A model generated the notes under the pieces. The model was not told the origin of the DNA and did no database searches. It was given only the letters and a program-made list of their open reading frames with translations. From Raillietiella orientalis (Eukaryota): a stretch of DNA of 64,000 nucleotides. A program made the position numbers and the translations under genes. This document shows, in pieces, positions 1 to 17,304 of the stretch; the stretch's first letter is position 1; every line of letters starts with the position of its first letter. The stretch lies in the NCBI GenBank assembly GCA_036172245.1, contig JAYWIR010000021.1, forward strand, positions 682,001-746,000, written 5' to 3'.

Positions 1-1367
1 CAGGTTCTCTTCGGTTCGTGCAAAATCATTTTGGGCCACTCTCGTAATCTGTACGGATTTCATGCTGGAGGTGCGCATGCCTTGAAAACCCAGACTGAGC
101 GACTGCTAGCCAGCGGTTACTGTGTTTTTGTGCTGGACGCAAAGTGGCATTTGGGGGAGGGGGCGAGTTCTTGTCTCGTGTTGCCAGTCAAAGGCACTGG
201 CAAACCCAAGTGTTTCAAATCACCCCAGCGCCAAGTGTCGAAGCTTTCTCGGAGCTCGAGACGCTTCACCTCCGTGAACGAAAGCGAGGAGATGGCCCCG
301 AAGAGTTCAACAAAAGAGGTACACACACTTTCAGCGGAGAGGGGGGGGATTCTGTAGAAGGTCAAGTGTTTATTACTAGAAATTTGATGCTCAGCCGGTT
401 CCACCAGCAAGGTAAAGACTGGAGGGAAAGGACCTATTCGACATTTCGAATGTGGGCATCGCTTTATTAGCAAACAGCGCAACCACACCACATGACCAGC
501 GCGAAAGAATAAAAAACTCTACATCGAAAAGTGGGTCAATCGAACAAGAGTTCCGAGTACGCAACGTCTGCCTGCAGCTGTCACAAGTACGCTGATTTCG
601 TCCAGGCTCTATGCGGATACGTTAATCAATATGGACACAAAACTTCCTCCGGGATGCTTTGTCGACCGTCACTAATGAATCCTTTCCATCGACCCCGACC
701 GTGAGCATAACCTCAGCCAGTTGCGGTTCTTCTTTAGAAGATTCATTCGAGTACCGACCGATGCTTCGAACTGGAAGAAGACCCGAAAGCTGAGTAAACA
801 GCAGAGGGCGGTGATTTCGAAGGACTGATGAGGATGTCCTGCGCTGCGGGAGCACACGTGAGCACGACGCAAACACGAGAGCGTGCGCCGTCCATGGGAA
901 TGGAGGTGAGGTCAAAAAAGGAAAAGAAAGAAAGCAAAGAGGGAAGGCGGGAGTACTCTTTGGCGGACATCAACCCAGGCCCAAGAGAATGATAGGATGA
1001 CACGAGCCACATGTTGACCCGCCTGACCATGGGCATCGGAGCTCTTCACAGGTGTGTTCTCAACGCGCAGGTTCCACCAAGAGCGCGAGTTCGCATCGCT
1101 GGAGCTGCTGCCTCTGCCTCCGAGGAGGAACTCTCCCAAAACGAACGGCACAAGAAGCAGGACTTCCAGAGCCGCAAAGCATGGCTCGCTTGCGTAGTCC
1201 AGCTCTCCAGCTCGGGTGCCGCGAGCCTTTCCCCCCGACAAACGAAAGCAACTTTGAGAGACGGCCAGGCATGGGACGCTGAGCTGTCGGAGAATCGATT
1301 CCTTGGAGGCGCCATCGCTTCGGAGCGTCCTCGTCATCGAATTCTTCTCTCCGTCTTTCCTGTCCAT
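1..1367 (-). CDS. Possible multi-exon gene of unknown function, running off the left edge
   Basis: Lower-GC segment with open, exon-sized frames and plausible splice boundaries, e.g. ...ALFANKAMPTFEMSNR joined in phase 2 to ttctacag|A-IPPLSAESVCTSFVELFGAISSLSFTEVKRLELRESFDTWRWGDLKHL (~352-205). Possible ATG at 1367. No recognisable domain; exon structure unresolved. Confidence 0.3.
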
Positions 1368-1559
1368 AGTAGCCAGATCCCCTAGAGGGACGCCGGTCAG
1401 CTGCGAAGCGTCGCGTGATTGTGCAGCGCCATCAGTAGTGCAGGACAGGCGCCGGGCAGCGGAGTGGGCAAAGAAAAGAGAAGAAGGCTGAAGGGAGAGG
1501 CAAAAGACGCCTCTGCCTTCAGCTGCTGGAACCTCTGCGCCAGTATTCTGGGCGCACGC

Positions 1560-2000
1560 CCCTCCTTCTCGCAATTGTCCCAGTGAGGACGACTTTTCCT
1601 GAGAGCGCCGTAGGTGCGCGCAGTCGGGAGGCTGTGTTTCCTCCACTGCTTGAGGCGGAGGGAGGTGCTCCAGTCCCCCACTGTTGCCCCTGGGGTGATG
1701 TCTGCCGTCCGAAGGACCTCCGGATCGTGGCACTTCGAGACAACCACGGGAAGGTGAGGTGGTGACGTCCTTTGCTCGGAGGACGTCTTTGCTTGAGATG
1801 CCCTCCCCTGAATCGAGGGTCTCCCCTTCCTCCCGTCCTCGAAATGGCACTCCCCGCAGATCTTGTCTTCCCCTCCAGGCTGCATCCTGGAGCAGCGGGA
1901 AAGGCACGTGGGCAGAGGAGTTTCCCGTCTCTGAGCAACGACAAGCGGGCCCTGCCCTTGACCTCGAGAAGAGCGGGTCTCACGAGCGCGGTGTCCTCCT
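1560..2000 (+). mobile_element. Decayed non-LTR retrotransposon (LINE) reverse transcriptase fragment
   Basis: Degenerate RT motifs in the correct order across frameshifts: FPPLLEAEGGAPV, then WGDVCRPKDLRIVALRDNHGKV (cf. KGD..P.NYRPISL....GKV), NGTPRRSC (cf. GFRP.RSC) and ALDLEKSGSH (cf. LDLEKAFD.V.H). Confidence 0.5.
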
Positions 2001-3661
2001 GCCGGTAGCCGGAATAGCAGCCACCCTGAGATCGGAAGCGGCACCCGCGATCTCCGCGGAGGGCGGATGTGCGGCCGCGTTGCGCGGGGACGAGGGCGGC
2101 TCCGTGTCTCCCGCTCCCGCGCGTCCTTTCCGGAAGTCCAAGCGGAAGACTGACTGCGCGGCTCGGGAACGGTCCTGAGGAAGGGTCTCGAAAAGCGAGG
2201 TCAAGGAACTCCGCGACTCCTCCGCCCCCCCAAGTTGCCCGTTACACCCGCGCGGTTTTCCAACTGCGGTCTCTTCCGTGGGCAGCTGACGCCTTTTGGA
2301 GCTCCGCGCTTCGCGGGCGCACGGCAAAGCAGCGGCGGTGGGAAGCCACTCGCCCCTCCCCCACCCCGTCCCCGTCACGGGAGATTCTGAGAAGAAAAGG
2401 ATCCTCTGAGTAGTAGGCCGCTCGGCTCCAGGCTAGACCCCGCAGGAAACTTACGCTTCCCACGGGATCCGATCCGGGAACTGGCCCGCATCCTCCTCTC
2501 CTTCCTTTTTTTTTGCCGTCCTCTCCCTTCCTCAGTCTTTGGGCTTTCCTCCGCTGGACGCTGCGCTAGTTCAAGCACTGCCATCTTACAAGCGACGATT
2601 TAACTTGTTGGGCGAGCACCTACAGCTCCCGAGGGAGCGCTCTCCATCCCAGCGCGGAAGGCATGCACCCCCTTAGCAACTTTTTGCATTTCTTGGGATC
2701 TTTCCAGAAAGGGTATGGCGTTCCCGTGCCAGTGTAGGCCTAGCTTCGAGCATCCTCCCCTTCCCTCTCTTGCTCGCTCACGGGAGGGTTTGAGTGAGGG
2801 TGGATCCCTGGTCCAGCCTCCACGAGAGGTCGGCTATCTTTCCCTTTCCATCCCTCTCTCACCACTCACTCCTCCTCCCCACCTTCCACCGTAGTGACAC
2901 CTCTAGAGAAAGCAGGGATAACTCTGGTGTATGAGCGCGCCAAACTGGAGCCCACGTCCCGACTGCCGTTGTTGACCTTGCTCTTGGCGAGACGCTCATC
3001 GAAGACTCACGAGCGCGCACCTTCGGTCAAGTCACCAGAAGAGCCAGCAGCAGTGAGCGGTTTCTCTCCGGCGAAAGAATCCATCCCTGCTCCTGGTGCC
3101 GCACATCCACGCGCAGGTGATATCTGCTCTCTTGGCTCCTCTGTGACCTGGCAGTGCGCGGGAGCCGAAAGGAGGCGGAAGAAGCATCTCTCTCTGCTTC
3201 CCTCCCTACGGTTTTTCCCGCAGAGGTCTTTCCTGGCATCCCGCGCGTCCCTGAGGGTGGCGGCCTCATGGCAGGCGGCGAAGACGTCCCCTTCTCGCCT
3301 GCCAGCGCAGTGGGGAGGCGCAGAGGGACTGGGCGCTTGCGAGGAAGGAGATCCCGTAGGCATCGGAGAACTTCCGGACAGACGCGCTCCTAAGATGGCG
3401 GAACGTCTCTGCCGGGAGGATCCCATTCGCCTGGTGGAAGTCAGCGACATGATTTCGAGATCTTGAGGGGGGGGGAGGGCAGTCGTGACGTCGATGGGGA
3501 ACGCAATCGAGGGAAGGAGGAAGGGTGAAGGAAAAGGTGGAGAAGGAAGAAGACAAGAGGAAGAGGAGGAGGAGGAAGAGCAAAGATGACAAAAACAAAA
3601 AAGCCAAAATGGAAGCCGAAGTCTTCTTTAATGATAGAACAGATGTGCTGCATCCCCAGTC

Positions 3662-9774
<6,113 letters not shown>

Positions 9775-10199
9775 CTGGAGGTCCCTGCAAGAAAGAGAAC
9801 TATGAGAGGTCGCGGCTGTGGATGGACAGCGTTCTCAGGGGCAAGACGGGATCGGGAATGGATGCTGGAAGAGGACTAGGGGAGTCAGGTAGAAGAGACA
9901 GTGGTTGTCCCTCGGGAAGAGTGCTAAGGACCCTCGAGAGGCGAGGATGGCCTCCCGCATGTCTCGCGTGATCGCAGCAGAGGTCGCGTGCGTCCCGCCC
10001 GCCCGCACGGAGGGTGCGGCCAGTGGACTCGGAAGCATAAACCGCGGTTGCCAGTCCGCCTTCCCCTCCTCTTATGCTTCATGAGCGATCTCACAACGGC
10101 TCTTGGTGCACAGAAATCAGGGGGAGGAGAGGGAGGCGGGGGTGGCACTTCCCGGCTCCTTGACTGCCGCGCGATCCGTCCGCCTTCGCCTTGGGCCAA

Positions 10200-11700
10200 G
10201 GCGGAGCGCCCCAGAGTCAGCTCATCAACGTCACTCCGTCTCCTGGGAGGTGCAGGCAACGGTGCCCGGGACGATCCGAAGGCACTGCGAAATCGCGGTA
10301 AGGAAGTTCCCCCCCTCCCACTCCCCCCAGAGAGCGATGGGGATCCTTCGAGTGCTTCGAGCAAGGTGAAGGAAGGATGGAAAGCTGGAGGAGAGGGTGA
10401 GGATGCTGGGAACCTCTCCAGATTGACCGCGGAGTGTCGAAAAAAAATGGTTTTTCAGCTTGGGGTGAGGAAGGGGAGGCACGCCGACCTGTGCCCTTTG
10501 CCCCTTTCTCAAAAGAGGAGGACCATAGCAACTGGGACTCGACGCCTCCCCCTCTCTTGCTGGAGGCGAGAGAACGAAGCGTGAAGAAGAACCAGGATCT
10601 TCAGTTTGGAAGAAAGGATAAAGAGGTCCCTCCCCCTGCCTCATTTCTGGGCTGCAGACGGTCCCGACCCTCGAAAGGGGTGTGTGTGGACAAAAATTCC
10701 TCCGCCGCGCACCAAGCGAGCGAACGCTCCCCTCAGCGTGATCGCTGGGGCTTCGAGACGATCGGCCGCCCTCTTTCGACGACCGCCGTGGTTCCGGAAC
10801 GGCTCTATCAGCTGCTAGAAAGATGCAGGCCGCCGGAAGTCCGAACGAATCGCAACGCCTCCGCTACCGCCCCCGCAGGTGCTCCGCTGATCTCGAGGTT
10901 TTTTTTTCCCCGCCACGCTTCCCCAAAGCTCGGTGCCGCCTGCCGCCGAGCTGCTCGAACCACGCAAGGCGCTCTCCCTCGGCTGGGCTGGGGGCGGCTG
11001 ACGGCCGCGGGAAGACGCGCGTCGCTGCAAGAAATCCAACACCGAACCCTCCGCCCGTAGTCCGCGGCGCAGCGCGGGCACTCACGGGAGGAGCTTCCGG
11101 GTTCCCACTGTCCCGGGAGGATCGCGACGGAGGGATTTCCGCTCCTCCAAGAAAGCAGCCCCTCCGCCTCGAACGAGGAACGCGAGCGGCGGGGGGAAAA
11201 GGAACTTTTTTTCAGCCTCGAGCAAGGGAAAATGGGGGGGGGGCTGTCCTCACGGCACCCATGGGTGCTGCGGAGACAGCCCGGGAACTCGGAAGACGAT
11301 CTTCAGATGGGCTTCACGGCTCTGGCGTCGTCGATACACCCGTGGCGGAGGAAAAAGACGGAAGTGTCGGAAGGGCGAGCGGCGGTAGGTGGTGGGTTCG
11401 CTGCCGGCAGCTCTCCAGGAAGGGCAGATCCTTTGGACGCCCACGGGACAGCCGAATAGTCCCGGAGAAACCTGACCAGAGGAAAGGGTTGGCTGTTGAG
11501 ACGCCTAGGCGGCCACCGCTTCGATCCCCAGGAGCAGACGGGCTGCAGGAGCTCCCCCCGTCGTCCGTACGGTGCGGAGCTGCCGCCTTCCTCCTTGGAG
11601 GGACGCTGCTGACCCTGAGAGCGCGCGCTTGTCCCATCTCGCTCAAGAACTCCATCAGGGGGTCAGCCGAAGGTCGCTGGACGCCCACAAGAAAATCGAA
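10200..11700 (-). mobile_element. Decayed RTE-like LINE RT, interrupted
   Basis: Ordered degenerate motifs on the minus strand: VPPRRKAA..GDRSGGRLGVS (~11.6-11.5 kb), RQGEGPLYPFF (cf. RE...PLY.AFVD, ~10.64 kb), FDTPRSIWRGSQHPHPLL (cf. RGVRQG.PLSPLL) and ELPYRDFAV (cf. L.DLDFADD). Confidence 0.42.
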
Positions 11701-12049
11701 ACCCGAATTTCGCTCCTCGGAGAGTTATTGCGCGTGTCCGCAGGAAGCGGGCGATCGGGGGAAGAAGGGGGAAAAGGGGAATTTATTTTCACTCTCGGCG
11801 TACCCGTCCGGGAGCAACTCGCAGGAGGGCTTCCCATCTTCGATGGGATCCTGCTTCTTGGCTCTTTTTCGAAGCGTCGAACGTTCCGTGCCTCCCCGCT
11901 GCGCCGCGCCAAGTTCCAGGAGCCGCCTCCCTCGCCGGGCCGCCGCCATCCGCCCGCGCCGCGACTTAACGAGAAGCGCATGCGCGATCCGTGACCGCGA
12001 ACTCAAATGCCCCTGAAAACTCCGCCCCTCCTCCTCGACTTCCCCATTC

Positions 12050-14290
12050 CGGACAGCGGACCGGTCCACCGGAGAGATGCAGGCTCGAAAGATCCTTCCC
12101 GGAAAAAGCATACTATGAGGGTGCACGTTACCTTGATGGGAAGCTGGAGAGGACTCGCTCCGAGACCTCCGTCTGGCGGCCTGCCTGCAAGACAACTCAC
12201 CCAGCGGACCATCCTTTATCTCCGGGTGTTCGCGCTGCCTTTGTTCCCACGAGAAAGCGCGCCCGGTGCTTCTGAGAACCCTCACGGGAAGCTCGCCGAT
12301 TCCGCAAAGGGAATTCCTGACATCTCCAGGGAGGAAAGGAGCGACCTCATCTTCTGATATGCATTCCCGCGGGACTGTCGAGAGTTGGCAGCGCGCACGC
12401 ACAGAGGTGCGGGAAGTCAAGGCGTCTCGGTCGATCCAGGCACGTTGTGAATGGCAAGGCTGCTGCTCCAGGAATGGGCAGGCACAAGTGGGCGCGCTAC
12501 GACCGCAGTTCGAGAGCTCCTCGTCCGCCAATGCTAGGGAATACGCGCATCGCCTGGTGGAAGAGCGAAGATGGAGAGCGGGGCGCTCGCTCCATGGAAA
12601 TGGAAATCTTGGGAGCGATTCCAGATGCCGCATCAACTTGCCCTCCCAAACTCCCAAGAAGAACGCTGGAATGGTTGAGTTGCATCGCACAAATGTCAAG
12701 AAGGAACGAAAGAACGTGCACTGGAAACAGTTTAGCTCTTTTCTCTGTTAGCACGGAGCAGGCTTTGCCTTTTATACGATCACATAAAGTTCATTTTATG
12801 CACACGTCACATCTGAAAGAGCTTTACCGTGAGCCGTAGGGTTCCACACATTCTGCTAAACCTTCTGCTCAAGAAAATCATTCGCGTTCCTCAAGCACCA
12901 GCTGCGCTTCCTGTTGCAAGTTCCACAACAAGTTTACGGTATGGGTGATCTAAATGAGATTACTCAGTCAAAGTTCTAAAAAAGTGGTCTGGAAACACTG
13001 AGGGTGAAAACTGGATCTTGAAAATTTACAAAATACTGGAACGGCCCCGAAAGTTGGGTCCGAAACCGAAACTGTCCCCACGTGCGACGAGTTGCTGGAG
13101 ACCCCATCGACAATCGCACCGCGCACTTCATCCACGGGGAAGTGCAAAGTTTCCTTCTCGAAACTCCCAACAAGAACGTGGCTTTCCATTTCTGCTCATG
13201 TGGTTTCGAATGCGAGGTCTAGAATCGAGGCAGGTCCGAAATGACCATCGCCATCGGCATGCAAACACTGGGAGCGGTTCCAATCGCAGTCCCACTCTTG
13301 GACTCTGCAAGGAGCTGCAGAAAATCCTCGCCGCGTTGGTTGGAATACGCGGAGCCGAAATTTCATCCTGGATTCTAATTTATCTTCAAGAAATGCGTCG
13401 CAAAATGATTGCTGATGGTCAGTTTTCCCGAAGTCGATTTTGGATTTTGCGATCACCTTGCGGCGGCGAATCCACATTGGTCCAGATAGCTCGAAAACCT
13501 CCTGGAGCACCAGGCCGTCCAATCTGATGTACGAGGAAATGCAGCTCACTATGAAAGTTGTGCTCCTGCGTCTTGAGACGCCGTCGGTTTCCATGGGACC
13601 CGTCGGCCGGATCTCTCCGGTGAGAATCTTTCAGCTGGAAAAATCTATGCGTTTCAATCAATTTACTTTCTTGCACGTGCCGATTTGTCTTTTTTATCTC
13701 CGAGCCAATCTCGTAAAAGCTGTTAATTTTTACTCGGTCTCCATCTATGTCATTTATTTTTATCTGAATCTGATAAGGTGATTTCATGTACACATCCTTC
13801 AACGACTATCTTCAGAAAATTGAGAACTGATTACAGCTATTGGTCCCATGACATTTCCATTTCATCATGGGTGCATGTGAACCCGTTCTACTATGTATGC
13901 ATCTCAAGTTTTGGGGTATTCGGGCCAACCAGGGGCACCTGCGGCCCACGGACTGCATTTTTTTCGGTTTCTTACGGTCCTCCTCGAGACTTTTTCGGGG
14001 AATGGCCGAAGCGAACTTCTTCCACTATGTAGATATAACCGCTTGGCACGCTCGGAAGTGACCAGGGAAAAGGATGGCCATGAGCGCCCGGCGACACGGA
14101 GTCGTCTGCCATGGCGCGGATCTGCGGTTACCTCCGGGGGGTGCCGAGGCACGAGTAAGGAGCACACGTACGTTCGTGTATTTGTGTGGCGGTGCCTTCA
14201 CGTGTACCATTTCGGAATCGGTACGCCTTGCCGAAACGCCGAAGAGAAGAAACGCGACGGCGAGCACCGCAAGTGTCGTTCTCTGGCTGC
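12050..14290 (-). CDS. Probable multi-exon gene for a secreted, Cys-containing modular protein (lectin/CUB/LDLa-like segments); ends unresolved
   Basis: Hydrophobic signal-like exon (TLAVLAVAFLLFGVSA) ending 14172; 50-nt GT-AG intron; exon 14121-13976 (...GYIYIVEEVRFGHSPKKSRGG); next exon from 13902 (CIHSRTGSHAPMMKWKCHGTNSC); exon 13634-13457 (SELHFLVHQ...GGFRAIWT); phase-1 join to an exon from 13314 (APCRVQEWDCDWNRSQCLH). Start codon and downstream exons are not fixed. Confidence 0.4.
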
Positions 14291-16024
14291 AGCTCCAGAA
14301 TTTCCCCTCCGTGGAAGTGAAAGGCCGCGTGCTTAATAACTTGCCGTGAATGCTTCACGGCAGGTTCCACGTAGGAGCACGTGGGACAACGCGTAAAGCA
14401 CGCGGAGTTCACAAACAGCACCACCGCTGAAGACCGCGGTGGGAAGAAGCTCGGGAAATGCAGCAGCAGTTGGTGACGTAACCCCCAGCTGAAAGTCACG
14501 GTGTCAGGTATGCGAGCTGCGTAATCAGTGAATGTCTTGAACTCAAAGATGATTTAAGATGGAAGAATGCCCGGGGACGGGTATTAAGATCTTAAAGCGA
14601 GGTTAATCTTTTCCACAGTGTTCGTTCGGCTCCCGGAAGTTCATCCGATAGACTTGACGAGAGCAATCCCATATTCGAGAAATGCAAAAATGTCTCCTCA
14701 TCTCTGGCACTTGGTGAGGCAACTGCCTCACGGATGCAATTCGGTTGCCCATTTTTATAAGAGGTGTGGGTTGAGAAATGCATAGTTTTGACGAATTACT
14801 TCGGTCCACTCTAATTCAAAGTACTACCAAGGAGGAGCCAGTAAGGTGAACTTGCCATATGGGAAACCTGAGAAGGTGGCTGCGGATGGGGTGGGCCTCC
14901 GTCAGTGGTTGAGAGAGGCAGTCGTCTAGTAGCACTACTGAAAGGGCAGTTGTCGGTTCAGATCCGGAAAGTTTGGGATCCTGCCACTGCATCATACGCG
15001 AAGGACGTCTCTGTGCTCCGTGCTTGACCTCATCATTCTGCTCCTCTTCCATGCTCATAGTGTGTACACTTTTTCAAGAGTTTGTCTTGTGAGTGCAAGC
15101 AATTTTTGCGTGAGTCCGAGGCAGAATAAGGGTTTCTTCTGCTCCATTGGCTCAGTGGCTCAGCATAGGTGGAATATGAAATACGTTTATGGATATGGAA
15201 AGTAATCCATTCTCTGAAATGAAAAAGGGACGAAAGACTCGGTAACTTTTCTGGTAGATGTCGTGGACACACTGAACCTCAGTGTCCTACACAGTTTCAG
15301 GACTGCGTTTTTGGAACTCTGGCTGTCTTTCTAGCATGGGGACCATCCTCTCAACCAGTGACCTCACACGTTTCGTCACGCTGCAATCAGTGAATCCAGT
15401 GGGAAATACGAGAAGGCACGCCGAAGTTTTAGGGAAGAATTCGAAAGGGGGGGGGGGGGGGTAAAGGGGTTGCAGTATTTAACGAAATTAATATGGCACT
15501 GCAACGACTTCCTGCTCCACACTCCGCGCAGCCAGGAATGTTTTCTTCCGGATATTCGGCTCGGGTTAATGAAAAAGCTTTACAAGCTGGCGAGTCACTT
15601 GGGACTTTTATTCCGTTCCCCTCGGCCTACTGAACCTTGAAAGATCTGTGCCTTACGGGAAACGCTCCTTGGGAATGTGCCCCCCTCAAACTGCTCGCTG
15701 TTCGCAAGTGTACAGATTGGAAGATCTTATATGATTTTGATTATCAGCACATATGTTACCGGGAAGGGCGATGCCCACCCAACACATCTGATGAATCCAA
15801 AATTCCTTTCCTATTGCTTTATTAAATGCTTTTCCGTCTACAAAGTGGTGAACTCTTTTTTGTAGATGGTTGTAAAAAGCAAATCGTGAACGGCAAAATG
15901 AAATAGAGCTGAAAATTTCATCCGATTGAGAAACAGCAGGTTACTAAGGTTTCATCTTCTCCTGTAATTGCCTTATTTGTCTGTTTTTTGAATGCAACTG
16001 TTGTTTGACAAATGCTACCTTTCT

Positions 16025-17054
16025 ATTCATTTTTCTTCGAGCTTATCCCCAGCACTGACCAGTTGAGGAAGATGCATAATCCTGAACCGGTGGCATATTA
16101 TGTACCACATACATACCTATTCAGAAGTGGGCCGTGGACCACGTGTTGGTGCACCAGACGTGGTCAGCAGCACGACCCTTGAACGGGCACGTGCCTGTTG
16201 CTGCAAAATTGTGGGTTCCCCACACCTGGCCCCACCAACGATGAAGGTGAAAGCGAACCTTTCTGTCTCGACAAGGACCCACTCCAATCTGGACGATATC
16301 ACTGTTCAGCATACACAAGGAAAGATGGAAATACGGACGACGAGCAGCATCATTTGCTAATGGCTTTTATTAGTGCCTACGCACATTCGTTTTCCACCGG
16401 GGTTTTCAGACACGTTTAAGCTTTTTTCCAAGGGCTAAAACATGAATCATCACGAACGGAGTACAAAACACATTGGTGAAATATGAAATTGACTTTAAAA
16501 AGCAACAGGTGTGGTTACAGTAGAAAAAACAAAAACAAAAATCCACACAGGAGGCAACATCGATAAGGAATGCCCATATTTCTCAAAAATACAGGAAGTC
16601 TTCTGAAAGTCGTTTGCACTAACCAACCTGCTACTTAAAATCTAAGACACATGCTGATCACATGTGAACCACATGATCAAAATCTTGTCATGACCTCTTT
16701 GTACCTCTTCATGATTAGTTGAAAATAATTCACACTTTCTCTCATGCAAGGGAACTTACCAACTAGCTACCTTTTCACAATACTGGAATATCTAAAGCAA
16801 ATGGAATGATAATGAAAACCCTTCCCTCATTTGCATCTGCAAATTGCATTCAAATGGATGTTTTTCTTTGGTGAATTATAAGATTTATTTCGTGATAAAA
16901 TCATTGAGGGTATCATGCAAAAAAAAAAAGTGTTATTTTAAAGCAACTTTTAAGTATTGCAAGAAATGATACACCAAACTTTGGAAGAATTAAGTTACTA
17001 AAGTTCTCTTTGCTACTCACCTTTTACCTGTTTTCGGGAACTTGCTTTAGTCAT
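16025..17054 (-). CDS. Possible small multi-exon gene immediately downstream of SBP2
   Basis: TACTTAG|AA-ATG at 17054 (MTKASSRKQ|GTAAAAG), a phase-0 exon ttag|IFQYCEKVASW|GTAAGT near 16.79-16.76 kb, further exon-like segments down to ~16.03 kb, and minus-strand AATAAA at 15823-15818. No recognisable domain; later exons cannot be assembled cleanly. Confidence 0.25.
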
Positions 17055-17304
17055 TTCTAAGTATCTGATGAATATACTAATCTACCTTTGAACTTTTAGT
17101 GATAAGCTGTGCTGTGGCCAGGCAACATGTGACTGTCAGCTATGTAAACTAAGCTGTAAACTTCTTATACATATGATAAAATCGACAACTTGATTCTTTG
17201 AAAATGAAGAAATCATTTCTTAAGGGATATATAAAAACAATCTTTTCTAATCTCAGTAACTACAATCCAAAATATGCAATAGCACTGTCGACTGCAAGAA
17301 GATA

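Noticed and set aside
2900..3460. Exon-like minus-strand segments just downstream of the pseudo-protease (strong GTGAGT donor near 3010)
   Set aside because: Frame ambiguous and no domain. It may belong to the gene at 1-1367 but cannot be supported.
14130..14320. RNase P-like GGGAAATTC motif (minus) and SRP-like CAGG...GAGCA motif near the structured region
   Set aside because: No convincing CR-V partner for the P4 pseudoknot and no GNRA helix-8 loop.
15725..15795. Possible C/D box snoRNA (ATGATT...CTGA)
   Set aside because: Box C is degenerate, and I found no terminal stem or recognisable guide.
16117..16250. In-frame TGA after Cys-Cys (GSCC*PRLV, TGA at 16166-16164, minus) close to SBP2, suggesting a Sec codon
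   Set aside because: The reading frame is unverified, it resembles no selenoprotein I know, and I could not fold a SECIS (AUGA...AA...GA with paired helix II) in the downstream UTR.
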